A stretch of 64,000 bases of DNA from Eledone cirrhosa (GCA_964016885.1 OZ024740.1:403062001-403126000), one strand, 5' to 3'. Shown: positions 15,777 to 30,029, counted from the stretch's first letter. Translations and numbers: made by a program. The notes: a model not told the origin generated them from the sequence alone.

Positions 15777-15962
15777 ATATCATATATTGAGTTAGAAACT
15801 TAAAATAGTCTTTTACAATTAAATAGCTCAAGGAAGAGAATCTTTCCGAGCCTTGTAATACAATTGAATATTCAATTGTATTACACGGCTCGGAAAGATT
15901 CTCTTCCTTGAGCTATTTAATTGTAAAAGACTATTTTGAGTTTCTAACTCAATATATGATAT
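15777..15962. repeat. 186-bp loopless near-perfect palindrome
   Basis: Apex GAAT|ATTC at 15869/15870; about 2 arm mismatches. Confidence 0.95.
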
Positions 15963-16619
15963 ACATACAGTATATGTGTGTGTGTATGTGTATATATATA
16001 TATATGTGTGTATGTATGATAGTTATTTCGTAATAATTAAACCGTTGTTAGTTTTCCGGTTGCATTAATTTATTAATAAATAGCATTTAACACTCGTGTA
16101 GATTTTTTAAGTTGCAAACACAACGCAACATCCCCCCACCCCACCACCACCATCCCCTACACCACCCTCACACACACAACACACTCTTTCTCTCTTTCTC
16201 TCTCTCTCACACACACACACACTTACTCACACACAATGTAAGAAGCCGAATTTTCGACTTTGAAGCGCTGAGAATATATGTGTTTATATAAAGAAAGTGC
16301 TTCAACGCAGAAATGTAAAGGTAACTTATATAACAGAGAGAACAGTCTTAAAAGACGGAACACATTTTGCCAATGTCCGCTACGAGGAATTAAACCCCTT
16401 ATTTTCCAGATAGAGACTAGAAGATATCTGGAAGATATGGGGTTCAATTCCTCATAGCGGTCGATGGCAAATTATTTTTTCGTATTTTTAAGGAGTTCAC
16501 CCTATTTTATAAGCAATCTCTGTAGCATTTCTGCGCTTGGACACTTTCTTTTTTACTCACATACTTAAGTATATATATATACAGATATATATATATATAC
16601 ACACACCACACACGCACGC

Positions 16620-16714
<95 letters not shown>

Positions 16715-17391
16715 CACAACACACACACACATATATATATATATACAAAAGATGAATCAAAACATATCAAATATGTTTTGATTCATCAAATATGTTTTGG
16801 ATTTTGTTTCTCAATAAGTAAGCTCAATAGAATTTATCTAGAGCCATAATAACCAAATTAGAAGATATATGTTTATATATAGAGAGAAAGGGCCATATAT
16901 CGTAAAAGAAACACGGTATATTGTATATATACCAAATACATATTATAGAAGAAAATGTACACAGATGGAATTGTAAAATATTTAAGCAAATCCGTACGTA
17001 AGATGCCAAAGGTTACTATTTACAATATGACTTGTATAAAGGCTTAGAACTTCGAGCAGGCTCGGTGGTTATGTGGTACAACCACTGGTTAAATATTTGC
17101 ATAACTGCTAATTTTAAATACCGCGGACTTTTCAGAGAACTTTTGCGCCCGGAAGCAGAAGAAAGAAGAATTTTTTTTGTTTCTCGTTTTGCCAATTAGA
17201 AGAAGGGAGAATGTATAAGAAGCCTGCTCGCCTCAGAAGCTCTAGAATCGCCAGGCCGTGCCCCGCTCGCCTCCGAAATATGTTTTCGTCTCCTGGGATT
17301 ATATGCCCAATTTAGCCTATTTTCATTTAAACAACATTGATGCTTCTAACTTGCAAATTTAAAAACTTTCTATCGCTCATGCACACAAACG

Positions 17392-17442
<51 letters not shown>

Positions 17443-17658
17443 ACACACATATATATATATATATATACATATATATAATTATATATATATATTGTTATAC
17501 TTTGGGAGGGTCATGTTGCCAATAATTTTGTGTTCATGTTGCTAAACAAATTCAGAAACGATATATATATATATATATAATATATATATGTATATATATA
17601 CATATATATACATATATATATATCTAATATATATATATATATATATATAATTATATAT

Positions 17659-18513
17659 ATGAGGTGGTATCAAAAGTTATGTAGCGCGCCAACAGATGGC
17701 AACATATGGTTGTGCATGCAGTGAGCGCCAGCTGTGACCTTGATGCGCATGTGTGCTGGGTGACATTACTGTGTTTATTTCGCAAGTTGTGAAATTTGTG
17801 TTTTTGTCATCACGTGTAAGCTGTAGCCTGTGATTTTGTCCTGAATAGGAAGTTGGAAGAAAGAGCCAACATGAAATTTTGTGTTCAACTTTGTAATTCT
17901 ACTACAGAGTCATTATTGAGCATGCTTGGGGAAGCTTACAGCGGCGAGGCAGAGTCTCGAGAGGTACCGGCACTCAAAAGCGGTAGAACGTCCCTGGAAG
18001 ATGATGAACGATCTGGAAGGCCTGCTCCGAGCATAAACACCGGAGATATGGAGAAAATTAATCAGGTTGTGCATGAGGATCGTCGGAGAACGTTTGAGGG
18101 GTGACCTTCTACGAAAGCGAACGGATCTGTGGAGCGCGAAAAATTGGATTCTTCAGGACGACAATGATCCTTGTCGCCGAAATCTCCTCACTCGTGAGAT
18201 ACAATGTATCGCTTCCGCACCCATCCTGTTCGCTAGATTTAGCATTTACCGAATTTCATCTCTTCTTCAAGCTGAAAATGCAGCTCAAATGTCGCCCTTT
18301 TAACACTGTTGCAGAGATCCAGAGCAAATAGCAGAAGGTTCTCTCTTGCTTACGGAAAACGACTTACAGGCCTGATTGCAAAAGTGGCAGGAGCGCTGGG
18401 ACCAGTGTATTGCTGCGCAAGGTGACTATTCTGAAGTAGGTGATGTTGAAACTTAGGTAAATATATTGGGTTTTTTTAACATAAGTAGTCCGGAAACTTT
18501 TTGATGCCACCTA

Positions 18514-18516
<3 letters not shown>
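17659..18516 (+). mobile_element. Internally deleted mariner (Tc1/mariner) transposon
   Basis: ORF fragments ERANMKFC..LGEAY..SLEDDERSGRP, WILQDDN, HPSCSLDLA..FHLFFKLK; termini GAGGTGGTATCAAAAG / CTTTTTGATGCCACCTAGTG in TA repeats. Confidence 0.9.
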
Positions 18517-18547
<31 letters not shown>

Positions 18548-18581
18548 TAGGTGGCATCAAAAAGTTTCCGGATTACTTATG

Positions 18582-18621
<40 letters not shown>

Positions 18622-18636
18622 TCCGGACTACTTATG

Positions 18637-18742
<106 letters not shown>

Positions 18743-18789
18743 AGGGAGAGAGAGAGAGAGCGAAAGAGAGAGAGACACATATATATATA

Positions 18790-19330
<541 letters not shown>

Positions 19331-19397
19331 GACAGTGGTAACATCTGTGCTTACAAAGATATATAGCCATATATATGGGGAGGGGGGGGGGAGGCGC

Positions 19398-19526
<129 letters not shown>

Positions 19527-19534
19527 ATAGATAC

Positions 19535-19700
19535 ATATCAGAATAGAAGCGGTAAAAACCAGTTAGACCATTACTCACGAGAGTAGTCAATACTTGAGGT
19601 ATAGATTGGATAATATGAAAAATTCGGGTCCCCGACGGCTGAGCTCCTGCCGTTTCAACTGCTAGATCTAGCTTAGCCGTCTGGATCCCGAATTTTTCAT
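19535..19700 (-). mobile_element. Diverged short derivative of the PLE terminus at 43381-43570
   Basis: Shares GGTAA..ACCAG..GACCAT..AGTA.TCAATACTT and CCCCGACGGCTGAGCTC..GCCGTTTC; closed by the GAAAAATTCGGG/CCCGAATTTTTC hairpin; lies in (GATA)n. Confidence 0.7.
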
Positions 19701-20005
19701 AGATAGATAGATAAATAGATACATAGATAGATAGATAAATAGAATAACTAGAGAGATAGATAGATAGATAGATAAATTTCTTTATTAGCCACAAGGGCAC
19801 AAAAAAAGGGGACAAATACAAATGGGAAGTTTACATACAGGTATATGAAAATAAAACTATTAATACAATAACAAATAACAAGTGAAATCCCCAATAGGAG
19901 GGAGGTGTTACACAAGGGTTGTACGTACAACGAAAAAATGTACAACTCATCTCCGGGAGCACCAAGAGTGAGTACTCCCTTCCTCTCTTCCTATTTTTCC
20001 TCAAC

Positions 20006-23000
20006 CTACAGGCTTATATAGAGAGAAGGATCAACCACTCGGGCCATCTTTTCCACATTCCCCCACCTTTTATAAAATTTGCTGGGGTACAGCACCTCTC
20101 TCTCCATCCTGATTCTTCTTCCAAAATGATATTTGAAAAAACGAATCAGTTGCTCGCCGGAGAGAAAGGTGTCTGATCTCAGCCCTTTTAACCTCATCCA
20201 CCATATAACCTCTTTCACCATAGCCATAACACATAGGAAAACCGCCTCTCCCTCGTTTTTGAAAGAGGGTGGCGGTTTGATCATGACAATGGACTCGGTG
20301 GTCAACTGGATTGGTCCCACCCGCATAGCCCCATAGGTCGGTAACGCCCGGACAGTGAATAAATGCGTGTGCGACGGTTTCCTCGTCGCTCACGCATCTC
20401 AGACAGATCTTTTTCGAAGGCACCCTGAACAGGCGCCCGTGTCTGTAGAGCTTGTCTCGAACTGTTAGAGCTCCTCGGTAGCACTGCTAGGCCAGGGACT
20501 TGTGGAAATTGTCCATTGGTCCCGGGTGGAAGGTCCTACCGAACAGACTGGCCAGTTCGTCCTCCTCTACGCCTAGAGTTTCTCCGAGCATGTCGTCGCA
20601 TTTGCTGCGGACCACCCCTCTATAGAATGTCGAAGTGGAGTCTCCACTGATCGCTGGTCCGTTTGCCAGAGGACTGTGAGCGCCTGAGCACATTCGATGT
20701 GCCAGTCGCCCATTTTCCTCGGTCTTTGCTTGACCCAGGACTGCAGCTCGGTCAGTGAGACGAGTCGTGGGGAGGCTCGCCTCGCGAACGGGGCCCACAC
20801 CGGTTGTCTGGTGAGGAATACGTGGAGGCGCCGCAGCCTGAGGGCGTGTTTGCGCATCGTCAGCCACGGCATCCCCAGCCCTCCGTTTGAAGGGTGTTGG
20901 CAGTAGATGGATCTTCTCACCAAAGGAGCCCCTTTCTTCCAAAGGAATTGGAAGGGCGCGCGCTCCATTTTGGTGAGCGTTTTGGCTGGACAAGGCACAA
21001 CGGTCAAGCGGTAGTAGACGACGGACGCTATAAAAGTGTTTGCCACATCCGCTCGGCCTTTCAAGGATAGTTTGCACTTAGCCCACTTTTGGGTGTGCGC
21101 AAACACCTTGGCCGCATCTCGTTCCAGTTCTTCTCCACCTGGAGGTCAGGACCAAACCAGACCCCGAGCAGCTTTACCGGTCCTTCCGTCCAGCGTACGA
21201 CGACGTCATCGGAAGGTATCAGTTTGCCTCTCCACGTTGCAAACCGACGGATTTGTCCCGGTTCAGCTTCGCTCCTGTGAACCTTTCGTATTCCTCCAGT
21301 AAGGTGCCGATCTCACCAATTTGCGAGGTGCTCGACACCATTACTGCCATTTTCGCAGTCCCGGTTCCAAAGGGATGCCCATCAATAGCTCCAACTTCCG
21401 CAGTAGTGGCTCGAGAGTCAGTACGTACAGAAGGGAGGAGAGAGGGCATCCCTGTCGGATGGATCGCGTGATATGGAACGGCTCCGAGAGGTAGCCGTTC
21501 ACCTTGACCCTTGAGCAGATGTTGCTGTTGTGCATTGCAGCAATCCAGCCTCTGAACACGGGACCAAAGCCTGCCGCCTCGAGCACCGCATCCAGGTAAC
21601 GATGGTCAACCCTATTGAAAGCCTTAGACTGATTCAAGTTGATCAGGGCCCCACCGAAGCCGGGTTTACACCCTACCCTCTCTATGATGTATCGCATGAG
21701 GTGGAGGTTGTCGTGTATGGATCTGGTCGGGATTGCGCATGTCTGCGCTTCTCCCACCAGGTTTTCAACGACAAACGCCAGCCTCTTTGCCAACACCTGG
21801 GCCAAAATCTGTAACTCTGTGTTGAGCAGAGTTATGGGCCGGAAGTTGCCTATGTCATTCCCCTTGTTCTCGTCCTTCCTGACTAACGTGATTACGCCCT
21901 TGGTCACAGAACTGGTAATTCTCCCGTTCTGCTGCCTGTTGCAGTAGACCGCTTCCAGGAGACCAGAGAACAAGTCCAGCATTTCTACGTAAAATTCGTA
22001 GGGTAGACCGTCGAGACCTGGAGATTTGCGTTTGCCGCATTGGCTCCTCGCGTCCCCTATCTCAGCGGCCGAAATCGGCCTTTCGCAGAACTTCGCTTCG
22101 CTGTTCGAGAGTCGCGGTAGGCCGTCGAGGTATGAACCGAAATCCATAGCCCCTCCCGGCGCGCTGCCCTGCCCGAACAGTTGAACAAAGTGCCGCTGAA
22201 AGGCTGCGCACATTTGCTTCGGCTCACGTATCACGCGTCCGTCTTGGTCCTTCAAAGACCGAAACGTGGACTTGTTGCCACTTTTCGCCTCCGTCACTCG
22301 GGCCCAGCTAACAGCTTTGGCTCCCTCGTTTCCCAGAGCACGTATTTTGCTTCTGACAACGCAGCCATCACGCTTTGCGCCGAAGAACTGGTCCAAGGCC
22401 CTTCTCGTCGCTAGCACGCTGTCTACGTTGCCACTCCTAAGTGCCTCTTCTACTTTTTCTACCAGTTCGGTCTTATTTCTATCTAACACTAATTCTTTAC
22501 TAAAACCTATCGAATCTAATCTAACTGCCCTCTTGAGAGAGTACCACCATCTGTTGTTGACAATGGCCCCTGTCAAGTTCTGTTTAACTAAAGTGCTAAT
22601 CCGTCTACTGTAGGCTTTGCTTGTCGGTAACGACAAGTTCAGCTTCCAGTAGGCGGGTCCCTGTCTATGGGTTTTGTCAAGGTTGACTAAGCAGGTCACT
22701 AATTTGTGATCTGAATAGGCAACCATGAACATTTGTGGACAGTTTAACATGTCCCTATCCTTCTTTCTAACCAGAACCCTATCTAGGTACGATCTAGATG
22801 TTCCGCTACGATTAGTGCACGTCCACAGTGGCACAGTCGGAAAATCTAGTCGATATCTATCGGCCAAGTCAAATCGGCCGATTAACTGTTTGAGGCTGTT
22901 ATACCCCCCCTCTCCCCTCTATCGGGACATGCTCCCACATAGTCCCAACGTGCATCTAGGATTCCATTCCAGTCCCCCACTAACAGCAGGGAGCGGGACG

Positions 23001-23393
23001 TTCCCAGAAAAGTTTCTAGACGTTTGAAGAAGTCTGGCCGCGGTGTCCCGGATGAGGCATATGCGGCCACCAGCCTGAAGGCTCCACCTTCACTACCGTC
23101 AACGTCTAGGACCACCAGTCGACCCTCCGGGTCCAGATGTACGTCTGTGTTACGAGGTCTAGGTGTTTCCGCAGCAAAACGGCAACCCCACCCCCACCTC
23201 CCGGCTGACAGAGAGATGCGTAGATCTCAAAGTCATCGAAGATGGGGGCCAGTTGTCGCTCGCTCTGGATCCTGGACTCGCGAATGGCTACTACATCCAT
23301 ACTGTGCGACCTGAGTTCGTTTAACAGTTTGCCCTGTTTCCAGGGCATCCCCAGGCCGCGTACATTCACACATCCAACTCTCATATTGGCCAT
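20006..23393 (-). pseudogene. Tx1-like ORF2 (APE endonuclease + RT + CCHC), frameshifted
   Basis: NVRGL, GDWNG, SDHK, FRPITLLN, RQGCPLS and CLRC..ETVAHAFIHC motifs split across several ORFs. Confidence 0.92.
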
Positions 23394-23429
23394 GTTGGTG
23401 CTGAAAATTTAAAAGAAGAGCAAAAGAAA

Positions 23430-25270
23430 TCACTCACCTCCTCGTCTCCTGGGACCAGGCTGCACAATTTCCATGGGGGTGTTGGAGGGGTTGTTTCGTG
23501 GGGTAGTGGTCTCTGGCGGGGTAGGGACGGAGATTTTGGTGGGGAGGGGTGTCAGGTGGGGTGGGTGTCTGTGGTGGGTGTGGGGAAACATTTCAAAAGA
23601 CGTGGTTATCGGGTTTGACGCAGGGATTACCTACGTCGTTAGGAAATTTTTCTTTTAACTGTTTATGTGTGTCCATGGAGATCCTAATCATTTTAAGGGT
23701 AGGATTCTCCGCAGTGTGTAAAAGTTTTCCCTTCGGTTGAGACCGAAGGGTTTTTATATATGGTGTCTGTTAAAGTTTTATTGTTAGTATTTATGTAGGT
23801 GTAACATTTTTGTTGTGTTGTGTTGCCTTTTTTCTGTGGTTCTTGTGTGTGTTTACGTTTTGTGGTAGGTGTTTTGTTTTCAGAGGGGGTGTTTTTGTAT
23901 GTGCTGTTTGCGTCGCTTGTATTGGTGTTTGTGTGTTTGTTGCATTTTTGTTTGTGTTAAGTCTTTTCTTTTTTCTTTTTACTGGTCGGAAAGGCTCTCC
24001 CTCATCGTCACTGGGTGACGATGATGAGGCCTCATCCGTGTTGCTGGGGAGGGGTACATTTTGAGGAGCTGTTAAGTGTGTGTGTGTTTCTGGAGTTGTT
24101 TTAGGTGGGGAGGGGTTGGGTGGGACTGTGTTTGCAATTTGGTTTGTTTTTATGTTGTTGTTATTGTGGTGGTGGTTGTGTTGTTGTGTTAGGTGTCGGC
24201 AGTAGTGCCTTTTTTAATGCAGGTAATTGAGGACAGGAAGCCCTCAGGTGACCACTGCTTAAACAGTGGTAACATGAAGGCCGCCTACCCTCAACAGAAA
24301 TGTTTATGTAGGAATTTCCATCCAGAGGTACACGTTGTGGTATTCTAGCTATCCGTTCTGGTCTCATTTGGACCAGAACTTCTAAGCTTGTACCGTTGAA
24401 TATGCCCCTGGAGGACTTTCCTACCGGAATTACTGTATCTTCATCAAAATTGATGAAACCAGCTATTATCCACCAGATGTTTACATTTGGTGTGATGTTT
24501 GTTATTTTAACTTTTTGGGTACTTTTTCCCATGTAAGTGGGGAAAAAGGTGTAGAGCGGGGACACAATTGGCGACACAGAATATTTCTGTGCCATCAATT
24601 GGTCTTTCATTATTATTGATAAACTCCCGAAGAGTTTTCCCTTCTGTATGAAGGCAATGTCCTTCATGGAGTTTCTTAGAACCAACTCAATTTCGTTTTG
24701 AGTTAATTGAGCTGGTTTTCTGGTGGTATTTGAGATTGTCCTAAAAACTATGGTTTCAGGACAGTGTCTCTACGCAATTCTTCGGGAGAAGTGATGCTAA
24801 AAGCGCCATTCTCTCCAAAAGTTATATATTACTTGGCATCTCTTAGCAATTCTCCGGCATTAGAGATGTCATTCTGTATTTTGAACAGTTTGTGCAAATG
24901 AGACCTTTTTTTCCTTGTTTGTGGAGTTATTCTTGTTGGTGTTGTCATTATTGTTGCTGCTGTTGGTGTTGTTGTCATCATTGTTGCTGTTGTTGTTGTT
25001 GTCATTGTTGTCGTTGTTGATGTTGTTGTTGTTGTTGTTTTTGTAGTTCTCAATTGCTTGATCTGTGGTTGCGGAATTCATTTGTGAAGTTGTGTTTTCG
25101 TTCATAGCATTGCTGTTATTGTTGTTGCTGGTGCCGCTGGTTGTGTTGTTTTGGTTTGTTGCCATGGCAACGTCAAGTTGTCGGTCAACAGGTGGAGAAA
25201 ATCCTTCTTCTGGCTGACCTTTGTCTTTGACATCTGCTACTATGATAGTGGCAGGGGGAGCTGTAAGCAT
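23430..25270 (-). pseudogene. Tx1-like ORF1 (gag-like), fragmented
   Basis: CYHCLSSGHLRASC (CX2CX4HX4C) in ORF 24161-24685; Asn-rich N-terminus; C-terminus homologous to ORF 29399-29875 (MEIVQP). Confidence 0.8.
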
Positions 25271-25527
25271 ATCTTCCCTTTTCCTCGTTCGAATGTTGGT
25301 GAAGAAGCCTCAGCCATTTTTTTTAAATGTTAGCTTTTCCAAAAAAAAACTTTTTATGTACTATTTCGCCTCAAGGCGTAGAATATTTTGAGAGACTGAC
25401 CAGATCAAAATTTGACCTGGCAGTCCCTCTACAAGTTAATATAAAAATGAAGTTTACAGTTAGGAATTTCTATAGAAATTTAGGCAGAACTTACCCAGCA
25501 AGTTTCACGCGTGTGTCCATCCCAGAA

Positions 25528-25670
<143 letters not shown>

Positions 25671-25936
25671 TATGTTTCTTTTATTTGCCACTAGGGCATC
25701 AAAAGTGGGACAAGTACAAAGGGGGGAGTTTACACAAAAAGGCGTCCTCAATAAGGAGGAGGCAATGACAATATATAAAAATAAAATAAGATATAACAAA
25801 AAATAAAATTTTTAACAAAATCCTCAATAGAGAGGAGGCGCCTTGAGGGGTCGCACACACCCCCGAAAAAAGTGTGCAACCCTTCTCCTCAGGAGCACAG
25901 AGAAGGGGTGCTCCCTTGGTCTTTCATCTTCCTCAC

Positions 25937-28900
25937 CTATAGTCTGATGTAGAGTGAAGGCCCATTCACGCGGGCCATTCTCGCCACTTTCCCCCATCTT
26001 TCATAGAAACGGCTGGGGTGCAGCACCTCTCTCTCCATCCTGATCCTTCTTCCGAAATGATATCGGAAGAAACGGACCAGTTGTTGGCCAGAGAGAAAGG
26101 TGCCTGACCTCAGTCCTTTCAGACGCGTCCACCATACAACCTCTTTCGCCATGGCTATTACGCACAGAAACACCGCCTCTGCTTCATCTTTGAAGGGGGG
26201 AGGCGGCTTGATCATTACAATAGACTCGGTGGTCAACCGGATCGGTCCCACCCTTGACAGCAGTTGTTCGACATAGCCCCACAGATCGGCTACGCCCGAG
26301 CAGTGTACCAATGCGTGTGCAACGGTTTCCTCGTCGCACACGCATCTGGGACAGATCTTTTTGGCGGGGTCCCTACCCGGGCGCCCGTGTCTGTAGAGCC
26401 TTTCTCGAACGGGTAAAGCCCCTCGGTAGCACTGCCAGGCCAGGGACTTCTGGAAGTTGTCCATAGGTCCCGGGCTGAATGTCCTACCGAACAGGCTGGC
26501 CAGTTCGTCCTCCTCCATGTCTAGGGCTTCTCCGAGGGCGTCGTCGCACCTGCTGCGTACCAGCCCTCTATAGAATGTTGCGGTGGAGTCTCCACTGATA
26601 ACCGGATCCGCCTGCCAGAGGGCGGTGAGCGCCTGGGCACACTCAGTGTGCCAGGCGCCCAGTTTTCTCGGTCTTTGCTTGACCCAGGATTGCAGCTCGG
26701 TGAGTGAGACGAGTCTGGGAAAGGTTCGTCTCACAAACGAGGCCCACACCGGTTGTCCGGTGAGGAATACGTAGAGGTGCCGTAGCCTTAATGCGTGTTT
26801 ACGCATCATTAACCACGGCATCCCCAGCCCTCCTTTCGAAGGGTGTTGACAGCAGATGGATCTCCTCACCATAGGAGCCCGCCTCTTCCAAAGGAATTGG
26901 AAGAGCGCGCGCTCCATCTTGGTGAGGGTTTCCCTTGGGCAGGGCACTACGGTCAGGCGGTAGTAGATGACGGACGCTATGTAGGTGTTCTCCACCTCCG
27001 CCCGACCTTTCAGGGATAGTTTGCAACTGGCCCACTTCTGTGTCAATGCAAACACCCTGTTCGTAACCTCCGCCCAGTTTTTCTCCACCTGGAGGTCCGG
27101 TCCGAACCAGACCCCGAGCAACTTCACCGGGCCCTCCGTCCAGCGTCCGACGACGCCATCGGAGGGCATCGGTCTGCCCCTCCACGTGCCGAGTTGCAAA
27201 CCGATCGACTTGTCCCGGTTCAGCTTAGCCCCTGTGAACTTTTCGTACTCCTCCAGTAAGGTGCCGACCGCCTCGATTTCGGAGGCCGTCGACACCATTA
27301 CTGTCACGTCATCGGCGTAGGCCGACACCGCTTTCCGCAATCCCGGTTCCAACGGGATGCCCTGCAACAACTCCAACTTCCGCAGTAGTGGCTCGAGAGT
27401 CAACACATACAGAAGGGAGGAGAGAGGGCACCCTTGTCGGGTGGACCGCGCGATTTTGAACGGCTCCGAGAGGTAGCCGTTCACCTTGACCCTAGAGCAG
27501 ATGCGGCTGCTGTGCATAGCAGTGATCCAGCCCCTGAAAACGGGTCCGAAGCCTGCCGCCGCTAGCACCGCATCCAGGTAACCATGGTCGACCCTATCGA
27601 ACGCCTTAGATTGATCCAAGTTGATCAGAGCCCCACCAAAGCCGGGTTCGTTCCCAACCCTCTCTATGATGTATCGCATGAGGTGGAGGTTGTCATGGAT
27701 GGACCTGGACGGGATAGCGCATGTCCGCGCATCTCCCACCAGGTTGCCCACGACAAGCGCCAACCTCTTTGCTAGCACCTTGGCCAAAATCTGTAACTCT
27801 GTATTTAGCAGTGTTATGGGCCTGAAGTTACTTATTTCGTCCCCCTTGTTCTCGTCCTTCCTCACTAGCGTGACTACGCCCTTGGTCACAGTACAGGGAA
27901 TTCTCCCGTTCTGTTGCCAGTTGCAGTAGACCGCCTCGAGGAGATCGGGGAACAAGTCCGGCATAGCTAGATATAATTCGTAAGGAAGACCATCGAGACC
28001 CGGGGATTTGCGTTTGCCGCATTGGCTCAGCACGTCCTCTATCTCAGCGGCCGAAATCGGCTCCTCGCAAGACTTCGCCTCCCTGTCCGAGAGGCGCGGC
28101 AGGCCGTCGAGGTATGGACCGAAGTCCACGTTCCCAACCGGCTCCCCGCCCCTCCCGAACAGTCGGGCAAAGTGCCTTTGAAAGGCCTCACACATCTGCT
28201 TAGGCTCAAGAATCGCCCGTCCATCCAGGTCTCGCAAAGACCGGATGGTGGATTTAGTTCCACTGTTGGCCTCTGTCACGCGGGCCCAGCTAACAGCTTT
28301 GGTCCCCTCGTTCCCTAGAGCACGTATTTTACTTCGGACAACGCAGCCTTCGTGCTTCGCGTCGAAAAACTGGCTCAAAGCCGTTCTCGACGCTAGCACT
28401 CTGGCCACGTCGCCGCTTCTAATTGCCTCTTCTACTCTATCTATTAGCTCCCTTTCCTTCCTATTCCTATCCGCAGCTAGAACCTTACTAAATTCTATCG
28501 AGACTACTCTAATCTCTCTCTTTAGAGATACCCACCACCTGCTGTTGACGAACGCTCCAGTCAACCGTTCCTTAACTAACGTACTAATCCGATTCCTGTA
28601 GGCTCTACTTGCCGGCAAGGACAAGTTGAGCTTCCAGTAACCGGGGCCCTGTCTATGAGTTCTGTCAAGGTTGACCATGCAGGTCACTAATTTGTGGTCT
28701 GAATAGCCAACCATGCGCATTTTTGGACAACTTAAAAAGTCCTTATCCTTAATTCTAACTAAGAACCTATCTAGGTACGACCCAGATGATCCGCTACGAT
28801 TTGCCCAAGTCCAGGTTGGCGCAGTCGGATAATCTAGTCGATATCTATCGGCCAGGTCAAATCGACCGATTAACCCTTTGAGGCTATTACACCCCTCTCT

Positions 28901-29374
28901 ATCGGGGCAGGCCCCTACGTAGTCCCAGCGTGCATCTAGGATACCATTCCAGTCCCCCACTAATAGCAAGGAGCGGGACGTCCCTAGAAAAGTCTCCAGA
29001 CGATGGAAGAAGTCCGGCCGCATTGACCCGAAAGGGCCGTAGGCGGCTACCAACCTAAACGCTCCGCCTTTACCACTGCCAAGGTCCAGAACCACTAGTC
29101 GACCCTCCGGGTCCAAATGTACCATCTGTGTTGCGAGACCCAGATGTTTTTGCAGCAGAACGACAACTCCACCCCCACCTCCGGGCTGACAGAGAGATGC
29201 GTGCATCTCAAAGTCATCAAAGGTGGGGGCCAGCTGTCGCACGTTGCTGATCCGGGCCTCGCAAATAACCATCACATCTATACTATGTGACCTGAGGTCA
29301 TTTAGAAGCATTGCTTGCTTCCAAGTTGAGCCCAGGCCACGCGCATTTAAACAGCCTACTCTTAGCATAGCCAT
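25937..29374 (-). CDS. Tx1-like ORF2: APE endonuclease, reverse transcriptase (YADD), CCHC zinc finger; ~1145 aa
   Basis: ATG in CACCAACATGG context; LNARGL, GDWNG, SDHK, KSPGLDG, DQSKAFD, RQGCPLS, AYADD, CPRC..ETVAHALVHC. Confidence 0.93.
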   Translation of the reverse strand: MAMLRVGCLNARGLGSTWKQAMLLNDLRSHSIDVMVICEARISNVRQLAPTFDDFEMHASLCQPGGGGGVVVLLQKHLGLATQMVHLDPEGRLVVLDLGSGKGGAFRLVAAYGPFGSMRPDFFHRLETFLGTSRSLLLVGDWNGILDARWDYVGACPDREGCNSLKGLIGRFDLADRYRLDYPTAPTWTWANRSGSSGSYLDRFLVRIKDKDFLSCPKMRMVGYSDHKLVTCMVNLDRTHRQGPGYWKLNLSLPASRAYRNRISTLVKERLTGAFVNSRWWVSLKREIRVVSIEFSKVLAADRNRKERELIDRVEEAIRSGDVARVLASRTALSQFFDAKHEGCVVRSKIRALGNEGTKAVSWARVTEANSGTKSTIRSLRDLDGRAILEPKQMCEAFQRHFARLFGRGGEPVGNVDFGPYLDGLPRLSDREAKSCEEPISAAEIEDVLSQCGKRKSPGLDGLPYELYLAMPDLFPDLLEAVYCNWQQNGRIPCTVTKGVVTLVRKDENKGDEISNFRPITLLNTELQILAKVLAKRLALVVGNLVGDARTCAIPSRSIHDNLHLMRYIIERVGNEPGFGGALINLDQSKAFDRVDHGYLDAVLAAAGFGPVFRGWITAMHSSRICSRVKVNGYLSEPFKIARSTRQGCPLSSLLYVLTLEPLLRKLELLQGIPLEPGLRKAVSAYADDVTVMVSTASEIEAVGTLLEEYEKFTGAKLNRDKSIGLQLGTWRGRPMPSDGVVGRWTEGPVKLLGVWFGPDLQVEKNWAEVTNRVFALTQKWASCKLSLKGRAEVENTYIASVIYYRLTVVPCPRETLTKMERALFQFLWKRRAPMVRRSICCQHPSKGGLGMPWLMMRKHALRLRHLYVFLTGQPVWASFVRRTFPRLVSLTELQSWVKQRPRKLGAWHTECAQALTALWQADPVISGDSTATFYRGLVRSRCDDALGEALDMEEDELASLFGRTFSPGPMDNFQKSLAWQCYRGALPVRERLYRHGRPGRDPAKKICPRCVCDEETVAHALVHCSGVADLWGYVEQLLSRVGPIRLTTESIVMIKPPPPFKDEAEAVFLCVIAMAKEVVWWTRLKGLRSGTFLSGQQLVRFFRYHFGRRIRMEREVLHPSRFYERWGKVARMARVNGPSLYIRL

Positions 29375-29398
29375 GTTGGTGGTGAAGAGAAAAGGCAC

Positions 29399-29936
29399 TT
29401 ACCTCTCTGCGTCCCGGGTATCGGGCTGCACAATTTCCATTAGGGTGGGGGATGGGTTGTTGGGTCGGGTGGTGGTTTGTGGAAGTGTGGGGGCATCAGT
29501 GTGTTGTGTGGTTGGGGAGCTTGGAGTTGTGTGGGTGTTTGGGAAGGGGGTGGGATAGTTTTTTAGGAGGACGCGGTTAATGGGCCCGACGCAGGGGGGA
29601 CCCATGTCCTCTTTAAAATTGTTTTTTAAAGTTTTATAGGTGTCCTGTGGGGCCTTAATCATTTTGAGGTGGGGGAAATCCCCTGCCTGGGTGAAGTTAG
29701 GCCCTTGTGTTTTTATTAGATTGTTGTTGTACACAATGTTTAACAGTTTTTTGTTTCTTGTATTTATGTATGTGTATGCATGTTTTTGTTTTTGTGTGGT
29801 GTTTTTTGTTTGCTGTTGTTGTGAGCTCTTTTGTGTTGGTGTCAGTGTTATGTTTTGGGGAGGGGTTTTTTTCATTTGTGTGTCTGAGGTGTGTTTTCTT
29901 TTTTTTCTTTTGATTTGGAAGTGCTCCTCCTCGTCT
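29399..29936 (-). pseudogene. ORF1 C-terminal fragment of copy B
   Basis: Thr/Pro/Lys-rich ORF ending just upstream of ORF2; homologous to copies A and C. Confidence 0.75.

Positions 29937-30028
<92 letters not shown>

Positions 30029-30029
<1 letters not shown>

Larger units (their letters stand above)
19775..25527 (-). mobile_element. Tx1-like (L1 group) non-LTR retrotransposon copy A, apparently full length, degenerate
   Basis: ORF1 with zinc knuckle, frameshifted APE-RT-CCHC ORF2, 3' AATAAA; both ends abut (GATA)n. Confidence 0.9.
25673..29936 (-). mobile_element. Tx1-like copy B, 5'-truncated in ORF1, intact ORF2
   Basis: Uninterrupted ORF2; 3' end GGCAAATAAAAGAAAC runs into (TATC)n; (GATA)n on both sides. 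Confidence 0.93.
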
